DNA of 63,043 bases, filler included, from Polymyxa betae A26-41 (lineage: Eukaryota; Protista; Endomyxa: Phytomyxea): NCBI GenBank assembly GCA_003693705.1. It is 4 parts of 4 records of this genome, joined end to end, with 100 filler letters (N's around TTAATTAATTAA, not from the genome) between each part and the next. Parts side by side here need not be neighbours in the genome. Positions count along the whole stretch, not along the records: positions 1 to 31,040 come from RBZT01000559.1; 3 more parts are not named here. One strand, 5' to 3'. Shown piece by piece: positions 11,005 to 23,524 of the stretch (its first letter is position 1; every line of letters begins with the position of its first letter). A program made the position numbers and the translations under genes. The notes below the pieces were generated by a model that was not told the DNA's origin, searched no databases, and saw nothing but the letters and a program-made list of their open reading frames with translations.

Positions 11005-13000
11005 CTAAGCATTAAAGGGCACAAAAATTTCAAAACCCGCAAAACGTGTATCAGAATATCGAGCAGGTGTTACAGATTCCTCGTTTACCGTAGCTTCCAG
11101 CTGTTCCTCCCGATTTTCGTTAAGGAACTTCATAATGTCGTCATTGCCAGAGGTCGTATAGCCTAAAGTCGATGCTATCGATTTCAGTCCCTCATCAGCG
11201 TTGATTCCAACTCCATCGAGCGATTGCCCTTGCATTGCTATTTCTTCAGCCGAAGTCAGCAGCTTTTTTGGCAAGTCCGGTTTGAGCTGCTTCATGGGTT
11301 TCGGTCGCATTTAGGGTTCCCATCGATACCGGTACTACCCGACTACCGGCGCTCCGGTAGTCTCCCGGTCGGATACCGGTAGATGGGTGGTACCCGACCC
11401 GACTACCGACACTACCGGCCTAGGAATATTGAGTGCTTCAAAATCGTGGCTGACTTTGAAATCCTTCTTGTAATCTTGTTTCATACACGGAAGCAAAGGG
11501 CTAACGCTCCACTGTGCCCCGTAATGCACTTTCTTTTGAGCCAATCTAAGGATTGGAGATATCGATCCTGTCGTGAGTGATTACGAGCCCATAGCTGTTG
11601 AGTGAAAGCTTCGGCAGTAGCCTTGTGTCCAAGGTATCATCACCTGATTCAGAATTTTGATCCGAGTTTCACCACCAATAATGCTTAAATCAGTTCATTG
11701 GAAATTGCTCAACAGCCGATAAACCTAAGGCGACTGTTTATGATCAGATAAGCAAGACAGGCACAGATGGACCATCACCTTTGCTTCTTAATCGCTGAGA
11801 TCATGGACGAAGTTGATAAGTATCTCAGTCTTCCTTGCGACGGCACTTAGGTCGATCCAGTCGCGTTTTAGTGAAGTTGGGAAAGATATTTTCTCTATCC
11901 CAGGTTCATTGGCCTCAATGGAGATGATTATGAACTGCGGTGGTGATTTTATTGGTCTTGACAGTCATCGCTCATAAACATGAAACTTTAAGTTTTTTGC
12001 CTGATATTTGGCGAATGCGCTGTAAGTATTGAAATGACAGAAGAGATGTTATAATGAAATTTGGGTTTTTTCTGAACCTTTCTGTTTTTATGTGCGTCGG
12101 TAGCCGGTACTACCGGTATCCGACCCGAACGGTACCGATCGGAACCCTAGTCGCATTTCGATTTCACTAACAGAGGATGATTCGCTGTCAGCAGCTTCCG
12201 GCGACGAATCAGGATCATAAGTGGCCTGGCCCAAATTTGAGCCAGGGCCCGGATTTTTCACAAAACGGGTGGAAGTTGGCAAACGGGTCGTCCTGTAGGT
12301 TATTGCCGGGATCCTGGTTACCCGCTCGAGCAGATTCCTTTCCATCAGTCATGTGGTCTCACCATTTTTGTCTGCAATCTGCCGAATTGCTGTTGTCATT
12401 TGTCGCCATTGACCATTTGATTGGTCACTTTGCAAACCTTGTTGGGGTTCTTTTGACCTGCGTTCGAAAGTTTATAGCCCTTCTTTACTTCTTTGAAGAA
12501 TTGACCGTAGGTGTCGAATCTTGCAGCCATTAAACTTTCAATCATTGCGCTGTTCCAATGAATATTGCTCCCGGTTGGGGATTTATGCGGTCTCCCAAAA
12601 CGCTTTGTTGCCGGTCTGCTGCCGGCAGGTGTGGAAGTTTCGGTCGGCTCAGCTGGAACAGTTGATGAGGACAAGGGCTCTCGAAATTGCCTTCCCAGAG
12701 ACGCCAAGGAGTCAGCAGAAAGTGTACATTTTCAAGACGCCGAAGTATATAACATGAGAGGAAGATGCCGTTTTGGCATGGTTGTTCCGGCTGCAACAGC
12801 CCAATTTCTGAGGAATTGCCAGTAGAAGTCACGACCGCGGTTAAAATCGCAAAAAGTGGGATCCGCCAGCGTCTCCCATGCCGAAATGTCGGTTTTCTCA
12901 GCCAGTCATTCGGTGTTGCCTGAGGAAGTTCCGGCAGTGTTGGTTTGTAGGAGCACCGGCAACTCAAGTGGAAGCAACCACTCCGGCTGTTGATGTGCAG
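11005..13000 (-). pseudogene. Myb/SANT-like protein remnant (probably transposon accessory), split by the hAT insertion
   Basis: IHWNSAMIESLMAARFD Myb-like start at 12396-12707; removing the hAT element rejoins ...SSSVSEIEMR with PKPMKQLKPDLPKK.... Confidence 0.5.
11312..12149 (+). mobile_element. Non-autonomous hAT element (838 bp)
   Basis: TIRs TAGGGTTCCCATCGATACCG and CGGTACCGATCGGAACCCTA (18/20); perfect 8-bp TSD GTCGCATT at 11304-11311 and 12150-12157; TACCGG/TACCCG subterminal repeats; EVDKYLSLP...DPVAF dimerisation-domain relic near 11800-11870. Confidence 0.93.
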
Positions 13001-13203
13001 CTTTCTGTTGATGAACAGGTTTCAGCAGTTATAACGAAAGCCGGTTGCAAAAATTCCCGTACCGCCCCGGTCCAGGCGCCTCGTCCGAAAGTATTAAGTG
13101 ATCAAATAGACCCACTCCAACCTCTGATACAACCATTACTACATGTAGAATCCGTCACAACCTAGGGTCATTCATTTCAATCTGCCCAGATTCGAAATGT
13201 TAC

Positions 13204-13339
13204 TGTTGCACTTGGGGGTTGCCAACGCCGACTCATGCAGTTTTCCGTTATGGTGCTCCTTTGTTATCAAGATAATATACCTCAGAGTGCTTGAACCTTA
13301 CCTCTCTGCCTTGTCCACTGTCCTTTCACAGGGACCACA
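13204..13339 (+). repeat. 5' LTR of Gypsy A
   Basis: Matches 25852-25988 with roughly 18 differences by manual alignment. Confidence 0.9.
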
Positions 13340-13387
13340 GAACGTTCAACTGTCCTATCGCACCGCTTTTGGACCGCCAACCCTCTC

Positions 13388-15011
13388 ATGACGAGGACGA
13401 CTAGAAATTCAAGCCGTGCCAGCCGTGTCTTGGTTTCGGCCGCAGATACAAGTTCTTTCCGTAATCAGGCTCAGATGGACCGTCATGATGACGGACATTC
13501 TCAGCAACGGTCAACGTTTTCTTCAGCTTTACCGAGCTCACGCCACGTTTTACCCACGGCAACGATGAGTTGATAACAGCATACGATCACCCGGTCAATC
13601 ATCCATCTCAATCATCTGCTCACGAATCACCGGATGGGATGCCGGCTTGGATAGGTCAATTTCTTGCCGTCTGGATCTTCAGCGTCAGGATTTCGACGAA
13701 AAATTAAGACGCGAAACACAGGAGCGCCGACGCCTCCTTGCCGAAGAACAGGCAGAGGAGCGTCGACGACATGGCGAAGAACGTCGCCTGCACCTCCACA
13801 TGATTGAAAGCCTCACAGGGCGTCTCGGCTCTTTGTCAACGTTCCTAGATCCTCCGAATACTAATTTATTTGATGACGCCGTCTTCCGCACGAAGACTGA
13901 GCCAGAATCTCCGAGTCTAACATTCTCGAACCACGACGTCAACCCTGTTACGGACGCAAAGATTCGGGCACAAGCTTCTTCGTTCGACTGCACCGCAAAC
14001 GCCCTAACCGCCATTCTCGCCCGTAGCATGGAAAGACGAGACATTCCAGGCCTACCGAAATTTTGAGGTGACGTTACGGCCAACGAAGTCTCTCGCTACC
14101 TCGGAAGCAATCGCTCTCGTATCTCTGAAACCGTCCTGCTCACACGCTGCCTTAAGATTCTTGATGTCGTTGAAGTCTTTTAAAGACTGAGCAAGTATAT
14201 ATCGGATCAGGCAACATGTGACTCGCCCTTGAATGTCTCGAATGGACCGCTCGAACACGGGCGATCCAGACTGGCGATTCCTCTTACTTTGCATTTTGTG
14301 CCTCTGCTTGGCCCTATCGATGTGGTTTATACGAAGTAACATCGCTCGTTCATTCGTGCAATCGCTTTCATGTTATGATTACGAGCTGTCTGACGGAGCA
14401 GTCAGAGCCGGTGCGGATCTCCAGGGCTCCCTTGATCAGGCCTTCGCCATTCTAATATCCCAACATGCAACTCTGTCCAGACTTCGGACCGGTCGTCACG
14501 CTTCCCGCTCGCCGTCTGCTCTATGCTCGAACGTTAATTCTCCAGGAATTGATCCAAGCCTCAAGCAGCCTTCCCGTCCCTCTCTGACGACATCAACTTC
14601 TCCGGGAGGAGGGCGCCAAAACACAGCCACAACTTCGGCCTGTATATGCGTGCCTGTATTGTCGCTAACACGATAATCAGATCACGTCCTGCCCTTCATG
14701 TCTTGAAGACACCCGCCGACGTCTTCGCCAATAGCTTCACGACCGAATCCATCGTCGCCATGCTGCCAATCGCATCCAGCATGTTTTCCAGGCCGCACAC
14801 CAGGACCTCGCGTGGCTTGCACCCAACATCGCTGTCCCATACTGTCTCGACTACGGCGCCGATACCTGTGTCATCTCAGCAAGCGCAATCGATCAGCTTT
14901 CAGCATCATCCGTCAAGTTTACAAGTCATCCTCCGGAGAATCCGGTCTCGATTCACTTCGGTTCACGTGATTTCCCAGTCCCTATCTCTACCCGCATCGT
15001 GCTTGATGAAC
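13388..15011 (+). pseudogene. Gypsy A gag (coiled coil and zinc knuckle relic) and N-terminal protease region
   Basis: Coiled-coil ORF 13647-14066; YACLYCR*HDNQITSCP knuckle relic near 14640-14695; the frame continues at 23525 once the nested element is removed. Confidence 0.7.
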
Positions 15012-15447
15012 TACCGTCTTCCCCCGCACATAGCACACATGCGTTATATTCAAGGGACGATTTTTTTCGTCGATTGTCGATTGCGATGGTGATTCCCTTG
15101 AGTATAACGCATATGCGTAAAATTCGAGGGAGGTTAAGATGTGCGTTCTGCTCAAGGAAAGACCGTAATCACATGGCACCGGTTCCAGTGCGCTATATTG
15201 AAATATCTTCTCATGATCTGAAAGTTAATTATAGCATTTCATTAAATATACTCAAAACAATTTTTCAATTCAGTAAACGAATTAAAATATCAGGCTTTAA
15301 CAGCCCAGCAACCTATATAATGTCCAAACGGACTTCCTGCAGGTTATCGTCCAGTGTAGCTGCATACTCCCATTTAAGTCCTTGTTCGGGGTCTTGGGTT
15401 AAAACCTGTATAATTTGAAAACAAATACAGGTTTTTATGATTAGATA

Positions 15448-15764
15448 CCGTAGACTCTCTTATAATTGATTTTTTATTACTGATTCTCGCTTTTAACTGA
15501 TAGGGAAGTTCACCGACATGCGCTCTATGACTTATATCTGAAATTGATAATAAAATACTCGCGTATAATGAATACAAAACCCTTCCACCGACTCTAAAAA
15601 TTATATGAAATTTGTGATTTTATAACTAATTCTCGCTTATAATCGATAGGAATCGCGTCCACCGACATTCGTTCTATGGCTTAAAGCTGAGATTTATATT
15701 TGATACTCGCTTATAACTGATACAAAACCCCTCCACAGACCGTATCAGTTATAAGAGTCTACGG
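15448..15764. mobile_element. MITE with CCGTAGACTC...TTATAA termini and internal repeats
   Basis: CCGTAGACTCTCTTATAATTGAT versus ATCAGTTATAAGAGTCTACGG; TA on the left, TG on the right; about four internal CTCGCTTATAACTGAT-like units. Confidence 0.8.
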
Positions 15765-15863
15765 TGGTTCAAAATTTCTGCCTTTTATGAAAGCTTTGAA
15801 TAGACCGCATTGTAGTTACTCCCTTGAATACTGCGCACGCCACGCAGTTTTCGAATAGAGCAC

Positions 15864-16024
15864 TGTATGGGAATTATAATAATAGATGAATTTCTCCCTG
15901 TTATTGATTGGACGTGGACACATCCCTAGATCATTGGTGATGAACAGCAAGGCGCAATCCCTGTGACTCTTGTTCAACAGTTTATGAACACAGATTATTT
16001 TATCTTTCTCTTTCAAAGATCACA
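15864..16024 (+). repeat. 5' LTR of Gypsy B
   Basis: TGTATGGGAATT...GATCACA; direct repeat of 23299-23459. Confidence 0.95.
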
Positions 16025-16058
16025 GAGCGCTCTGTAGCGACTTTTATCTTGAACCAGC

Positions 16059-19000
16059 ATGTCGAAACTACCTGTCGATCCCATGCAGACCGAAGACCTT
16101 TCGAAGAAAGAATCTACTGCAGAGAATGGAGCTGGGTCGAAATTTCCAACACCTGCAGTTTCTTCGTCTGATGCAACTAGTTCTAAATCGTCTGCGGACG
16201 TTGAATCGTCGTCGAATGTATCGTCGACTGTTCCTTCATCGATTCTGGTTCGGTCAGGAGAACCGCCTCGATTGAAAACTCTGGATATTCCAGATGTTGT
16301 GCTTTTTCGGCAAAAGCTCAAACAGTTTTATGATGTTCTTGAAAACGCTTGCCGACAAGGAGCTGGATCTACGGCTTTTCCTCAGAGCGTTATTACGTTG
16401 ATTGATCCGAACCTTCTAGCTGTTATTTTGAAACATCTTATGAAGATTGAAAAGAAGGAGTTGACAGATTCGAAGTTTTTGGATTTTTTGGAGAAATATC
16501 TCGACTCGGATACGTCTACTCATTGTGAAATTCCATCGATAGTAGCGTCATCTCTGAAGTTGAATTTGAAGCTTAAACCGAAAGCGAGAGTAATTGATTT
16601 AGTTCAACAGTTGGAATCTTTGATTGAGATTCATAACTGACAGCGGTCTTTCTATGGGACTCAGGAAGGAACCAAAAATTATGTTGATTTCTTGGTTGAT
16701 GTTTTGAAGCCTAGAGCCTTTAAAGAGGAAATGGTTTCCTATACTCGTTTTAATTATCCTGCTGCGAGAAATGATCATACAATTCTGGTTGATCATATGC
16801 TTAAAGTGGTTGAAAATTTTGAGCATATTTACGAGATTATGATCGTAATGGTCCTAAGCCGAGTGATGGCCCATGTGATTTTAAGCGTGCTGCTTTTAAT
16901 TTTAATTTGAATCGTTGTGAGGCAAAGAAGCCTCGGACAACCATTACTTGCCTGAAATGCCACAATGTTGGTCATCATATGAAGGTTTGTCCGCAGCATC
17001 CGAATGCTGCTGAGCAGAAGAAATTAATTGAGCAGTATAAGCTTCAAAAACAGTCTAGTGATAATACTAAGAATAAATCGAAGACTGGTTCTCGCAATAT
17101 TAAGCTTGCAAAAGTTTTTGAAAGTTCTCAAAATGAGACTGGGATTGTCAAAGCTGCATTAGCTGGGGGCAGTTTAATTTATTACGCAATCCTTGATAGT
17201 GGTGCGGATGCCACCATAATTTCAGGCAGAATTTGTGCTGAACTTAAGAAGTTAATCCCAGATCTGATCATTCATAATATATTAGAGAGAATAACTCTTG
17301 AAATGCCTAATGGTCATTCCACAATCATTGACCATTCTCTTGATATTGATATAATGTTGCAAACTAAAATGGGTCAATTGATAGTACAAAAGCAACATTG
17401 TCTAATATGGAATGAATTGAATGAAGATTTATTGCTTGGCAATGATATGCTTTCAGCTTTAGGAATCAACCCTAGGCATGCTTTGGACACTTTGATAGCA
17501 TCCTATAACTCTTATAATGAGAATTCTGTTACTGAATATTCTTCAATACATCCTGATATTGGGCATGATATTCAATCAGAATTATATTCTTGTCTGGTTA
17601 ATAAAGTAAAAGAAGCCGTCGAAAATGGCTTGAGCCATGAGTATGAGCAGAAGCCGTTAAGTCTTCTGATACGTCGAAAGAATGTCTTTCGATTGAAGTT
17701 GGCGCCTGATGCTGCAGCATCTGTCACTCCGTTTATGACTCATCTGAAACCTGACGCTAAATCCGTTCGTTGTAAAGCACGATTATATACGAAGGATCAA
17801 AGTGAATCTTTGAAAGATTTTACCGATTCTCTGGTAAAATTTGGTCTTATTCATGAGAATTATAACTCTGAATGGGCGAGTCCTGTTCAAGTAGTGAGAA
17901 AAGAGAAAGGCTATAGAATGGTAGTTGATCTTCGAGTTGTGAATGCTCAATGTGAGCCCACAACTTGGCCTATGCCTTTCTTCGAATCGATAGTTCAATA
18001 TTTATCCAAAGCCAAAATATGGTTTATTCTTGATGCATTTAAAGGATTTTGGATTATGCCTTTAGATAAAGAATGTCCAGAAAAATTTTATTTTATGACC
18101 GATAGGGCGGTATTCACGCCAACTCGATCCATTCAAGGAGCTTTGAACTCCGCAACGCAGTTTCAGATTCGTTTGGCTGAAATCTTTGCTACTTTGTTAT
18201 ATAAACCTCTTATCATCTGGATTGATGATTTATTAGGATATGCAGATGAAGAGAAAACATGGTCTTGATCGGACCTTGGAATTAGCTGATAGTTTTAATC
18301 TTAAATTTAATATTGAAAAATGTCATCTTTTCTTGAAAGAGGTCAAATTTTGTGGACGAATATTGGTCCAACGGTTGTGAGACACGATCCTCGGAGGATT
18401 GCTGCGTTAACTGAAATGCCAAAAAAAGAGCTAATAAGTTGCAACAAATTCTAAAGGCATCACAATGGATGGCTCGTTCCATCCCAAATTATAATAAGAT
18501 AGTTATATCTTTACAAGATATACTGGAAGATGCAATGAAATTGCAATTACGCCGAACTATAAAGGCCGCAAGTCGAGTTGATTTGGAGCGATTTGGTTGG
18601 AAGGAAATTCATACAAAGGCTTTTATTGAATTAAAAAATGCTATTACAAATGCTGTTAAGTTAGCTTACCTTAGCGATCAGATGCCTCAATGTGTCTTTT
18701 GTGATGCCAGCCATCATGCTAGTTCAGAAGTGGTTTCTCAGATTCCACCTGAAGATATTAATAAACCCATTCATCAACAAAGACATCAGCCTCTTGGCTT
18801 TGTAGGCTACAGATTTAGTGGGTCTGAACTGAATTGGGCGACAATTGATAAAGAGGCTTTTGCCATTAAGGATACTTTGAAGAAGCCCTCTTACCTTTTA
18901 CATATGCCTTCACCTTTCCATTTATATACTGATCATAGGAATTTACTGCATATGTACAATCCTTTGCAGTGTACTAAGCAATCAGCAGAAAGGTTGATTC

Positions 19001-20714
19001 GTTGGTCGATTATAATACGGGATTATAATTTCCTAATTCATCATATCTCCGGCGAAGATAATCATTGGGCTGATTTGCTATCTAGATGGGGTGCGGGTGT
19101 ATGTGTTGTCTCTGATAATGAACACAAAATTCATGCCAGAGCGCTTCAAATATCGGAAGATATTATTCCGATCAAACCAAATCATTTATTAAATGATACT
19201 ATTCGTGTGCAGCCTTGTAAAAATATAGTCTGGCCAGACACTTCAGAAATTTTGACGGAGCAAGATCTCCATTTTCCGAATAGCCATTTTGCTAAAACTT
19301 CAGATGGACTTTTGGTTGATACAAAACAGAATAGTTATACCCATTCAAAGTGCTGACCTGATGACTATGCATTATAGCACATGCTGGTTGTCATTGTGGT
19401 CATTTGTCTTATAAAAATGCATTAGCTATGCTACAAGACTGGGTATATTGGATCGGTATGAGACAAGACATCAAGGATGTCTGTTCTGCTTGTTTGCACT
19501 GTCTTCCAGCGCAAAAAGGATTTCGTATCCCTCGTCCGCTTGGAATTACGTGCAATGGAACAAAACCAAATGAGGTTTGCATTTTGATTATTGATATGTT
19601 GCATCCAAATTGAAAAGTTCAATGAACTTTCAATGAATATTTGTCATCCGTGACGATCTTTCAGGTCTAGTTTTACTGAGACCTGTACTTGTTCCTAATA
19701 CAAATGTCACTGTTGAGGCTTTGCTCCAATGGAGGGCCCTGTTTGGAACATCCAGAGTGTTTGTTTCCGATCTGGCATCATATTTTGTTTCAGAAGTTAT
19801 GAAACTTCTATCCCAAAAAATAGGCACAGAGCAACATTTTGTGACTGCCTATTCTCACTATTCTAATGGAACCATTGAAATAGTAAACCGTAATATTATC
19901 AATTTATTACGATGTCTTATGTCAGAGTTACGATCTGATAAAGCGAACAGGCCTTGGTTTGTAAAGATAGTAGAACAATGCTTTGAACCATCGCCCGCAG
20001 CGCAGATTTGGAGGTAACGCTCCAATAAATGTGATGACAGGATTGCCTGCGGACAATCCACTAGATCCTATTTTTTACAATCCTCAAAAATAAGCGATTA
20101 TCTCAGTTGATGTGAATTCTGAGCAGTTTTCAAATTGGGTTGAGAAACTGCAATTGAGTCTCCAAAATATGCATAAAGATGTCATATCAACTACAACATC
20201 TGAGCGGCAGTCTCACCGTGATTGTAAATCACATCATAAAACACTTGCCAATTTTGATATTGGTGATTTTGTTCTTGTGGCTATACCAGAGCGTAAGTCT
20301 ACGAATAGTAATAAGTTAGACTTTATTTGGCATGGTCCATTTAGAATAGTGGATGTTCACCGAGCTTATGTGTTTACAGTTGAGAATCTCCTTTCTGGGG
20401 AAACTCAGGTACATGGTGACCGTATCCAATTCTATTGTGATAAATCTTTGAATGTCACTGATGATATCCTGACACAGTTTCAGTATGATACATCTAATCG
20501 ACAATTAAAAAAGATTTGTGATGCTAGATTGAACTCAACCAGCACTGATATGGAATTTTCCATTAAATGGAAGGGTTTTACTGAGTTGGAGAATTCATGG
20601 TGTCCTGGTGCTAATATTCGTAAGCATTATCCAAAGGCAATTCGTGAATTTTTGCAATATTCTCCGAACCATCCATTTGCCTCATTTGTTGGCGCATCTT
20701 TACCAAACTTTTAA
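16059..20714 (+). pseudogene. Gypsy B gag-pol (Gag zinc knuckle, protease, RT, RNase H, integrase, chromodomain)
   Basis: CLKCHNVGHHMKVC; AILDSGAD; YRMVVDLR/LDAFKGFW/IIWIDDLL; VFCDAS...YTDHRNL...NHWADLLSRW; CSACLHC/FVSDLASYF; IKWKGFTELENSW. Multiple stops and frameshifts. Confidence 0.95.
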
Positions 20715-20889
20715 TTGCGCACATTTGTTTAGAGGTAGATCTTTTTTCCAAAACTCGATTTATCCCACAGGGTTTGCGGGTGCGGTTTTACTGGTGCTTC
20801 TACTGCTATTCTTAGTTGAAGTGGGACAACGTGATAGAAAAATTTCGCATTGCGCGGAAGTTCGGAGGCCCCGCCGATATTAATCGCAA

Positions 20890-22066
20890 CATGAGAGAGA
20901 GGCAAGGATATGGGTTATTGGCATCACTGGATGGTCAGCAAGCATCTGTTAATACAAAGCAGCATGCTGTTTATGCATTTTTTTCTTGGGATTCACGATA
21001 GCCCGTATTGCCACGATTTATCGAAAGGGAACATCAAGTATATCGCGCTGGATAGAGAGATATAAGACTGATGGTGATCTTTCTCGAAGAGTGTCGAGCG
21101 GCTCGAACATTAAGTTCTCCCGCGAGCAACGCCAGTGGATCTTCCGGTATATTATGGACCATCACATCCTTTGTCGTTTCTTGATGAAACAAGGCGCGCT
21201 TTCATGCTTTATTGGAATCTCAGCATCAGCACCTCAAGCGTCTGGCGTCTAATGCGAGAATCGAATCTCTCGTACAAGGTTTGGCCAGGGTATGCTTGGG
21301 CCAAACCACTGAAAAGTCATTCCAGGTCATCAAGCGTCGCGCTATGCAGATATCTGTAACAGACGTGATAAGATTCTTTCGTGAGCTCACTTCTCGACAC
21401 TGGACACACGAAACCTTGTCTTTTCTCGACGAAGTCTCCATTGACAATCGAGGAATGCTTCGACGACGTGGATATGCTGAAAAGGTATGTGATTTCGAGT
21501 TCGTGGGTGCTTCTCGCTGGTATCACTGCTAACAGGGTCAAAAGCTTCTTTATCGTGGAGAGTTTAACCGAATGCCTCGAGTTTCTTTGCTATGCTTCAT
21601 CGATTGTGATGGACTGGTAGAGACTTTCGTTACTGATGGAACCTTCGATCGGACCCGATTCATTGCATGTTGTCGGGAGCTCGTGCTCTCTGGTAATGTA
21701 CAGCAGTATCCTGGCAGACGATCTGTTTGGGTATTGGATGGCGCTCGAATCCATTGTCATCCGAATTTCACATATTACCTCCGATCATTAGGAATAATAC
21801 CAATATTCCTTCCTGCTTACTGCCCATTTTTCAACCCTATTGAGTTCTTCTTCGGCTATGTGAAGAAACACATGCGTCGCGTTTATCCTGAAGGCTTCAT
21901 GGCGCCTAAGGACTTGATCAAGATGGTAGCGACATCACTTGCTCGGTTCGAATCATACTCGCTACGTAAAGTGTTCGCGAACTGTGGGTATCGCCCACAT
22001 GGCAGGTTTAATCCTGGAGTGGCGTATTCTGATACCCATGATACACAGTCGCTCGGTTTTCAGTAA
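20890..22066 (+). pseudogene. IS630/Tc1-like (DDE_3) transposase with two introns, frameshifted
   Basis: HTH (TIARIATIYRKGTSSISRWIERY), SFLDEVS, WVLDGARIH and FLPAYCPFFNPIEFFFG; GT-AG introns at ~21279-21325 and ~21485-21535 (branch-site-like GCTAAC). Confidence 0.9.
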
Positions 22067-22095
22067 ATCAGGTTTTTAATCATAGCAACCTTCTA

Positions 22096-23133
22096 CTATG
22101 CATGGTGTAGATCCGGCATATTGGGAATATCTCCCAATATTGCCAGACTATCTGGTCTTTCTTCGGGATGTAAAGCGCTCCTGAGTGCTCTGGCTGTTCT
22201 TCGATGACGTTCTAAATTGCCACGCAGAGTTCTCAGGCGTGAGCAGATCTGCTCCTCGAAATCGTTGATCTGTTGAAGGATATCGTCCAAAATTGCCAAA
22301 GAAGTGGTGTTGTCTTGTCGCAAAGAAGCTATCATAGCATCTCCATCAGTTGGAGAATGTCGGAATAGATGAATGATATCTATCGGGGGTGGCTGGGTGA
22401 CTTAAATCGCATGCCTGTGGGCAGGCTCGGTGGATATTGAGTTCGCCCATATCTGCCAATTAATAATCTGTGAGACATAGGTAGTGCCCCAACGTTCTCG
22501 AAGCTGATTGATGATCGACAAAACCACATCATTAGACGCGGCTTCTGCACGGTCAACTGTAGCAGGCTCTAACACAGCGGCTTGAAAATCAGCATAGTGT
22601 GCAGCTGTTTGAATGTTGATTCCGTATTTGTAGATAAAGAAATCTAATACATGCCCGGTTGCAGTCCAGTTCTGCAGAATGGATGTAGACATGTCTGAGA
22701 TACAATTCTAAAAAACAACATCTTGCGAACAGGAATCCAAATTTACTTTCTATACTGTAAAAGTGATTTCGATGCTTAAACGAAACTATCAGGTCCAAGT
22801 CTTCGCGCGAAGGAGGCTCGTTCCTCATCGAAAAGCTCTGATCCTCTGGAACAGCAATTCCTTGAGCATGTTGAGAGGCAACATCAAAACAGCCGTGCAG
22901 AAATCCTCGAGAGCTGAAACGTTGATCTCAAGTACTCCTAAAGAAACACCAGAACGAGCCTGTGCATTTTTATTTCTCTTCACCAAGGTATTCAGCTTAA
23001 GACTGTACAGCTGGTCAGCGTCGGGACGCTGGTTTAAACTAACCGAGCTAGACAGAGTTGGGCCAGTCGCGTCGTTCTCCGATCGTCCCTCATGAGAGAG
23101 CTGACTGCATTCCTGCGTGGTCAACAACGTCAT
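22096..23133 (-). pseudogene. Unknown protein convergent with the IS630/Tc1 transposase (one intron, one frameshift, one stop; C-terminal coiled coil)
   Basis: ORFs 22825-23133, 22589-22828, 22402-22692 and 22096-22335 tile into one reading path including DRAEAAS...LRERWG...WQIWAN...PPP...coiled coil...IPNMPDLHHA. Confidence 0.65.
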
Positions 23134-23298
23134 GAGCTCTGCGAGCAGGTATGGCGATGATTGTCAGGACAGTGCATAAAAAGTACATGAAACCATCGCG
23201 GATTTTTCATTTCACGCAAAATTAACAGTAACATGTACAAAGAATTTACTTAACACAAATTTTTCCCTTTCTCTCAAAGTTTGTCTTGGGGGAGGTAG

Positions 23299-23459
23299 TG
23301 TGTGGGAATTATAATAATAGATGAATTTCTCCCTGTTATTGATTGGAAGTGGACACATCCCTAGATCATTGGTGATGAACAGCAAGGCGCAATCCCTGTG
23401 ATTCTTATTCAACAGTTTATGAACACAGATTATTTTATCGTTCTCTTTAAAAGATGACA
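23299..23459 (+). repeat. 3' LTR of Gypsy B
   Basis: Direct repeat of 15864-16024, preceded by the PPT. Confidence 0.95.
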
Positions 23460-23524
23460 TAAGCACACATGTGCGGTCTCTTCAGAAAGAACGCACAGTG
23501 CGCTATATGCGGGGGAAGACGGTA

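Larger units (their letters stand above)
15864..23459 (+). mobile_element. Ty3/Gypsy chromodomain LTR retrotransposon B (full domain set, decayed)
   Basis: 161-bp LTRs 15864-16024 and 23299-23459 (7 differences by manual count), G-rich PPT ending GGAGGTAG, candidate TSD AGCAC (15859-15863 and 23462-23466). Confidence 0.95.
15014..23522. mobile_element. Tc1/mariner-pogo-like non-autonomous TIR element inserted in the Gypsy A protease
   Basis: TA|CCGTCTTCCCCCGCACATAGC ... GCTATATGCGGGGGAAGACGG|TA; excision restores RIVLDELALVTDVGKVLLYSVSFHVV. Confidence 0.9.

Noticed and set aside
20720-20760. TIRs for the nested IS630/Tc1 unit (weak similarity to the reverse complement of ~23233-23260)
   Set aside because: Too degenerate and AT-rich to support.
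22096-23133. Fanzor/TnpB as the IS630 passenger
   Set aside because: No RuvC D-E-D motifs or zinc ribbon are visible, and the C-terminal half is coiled coil.
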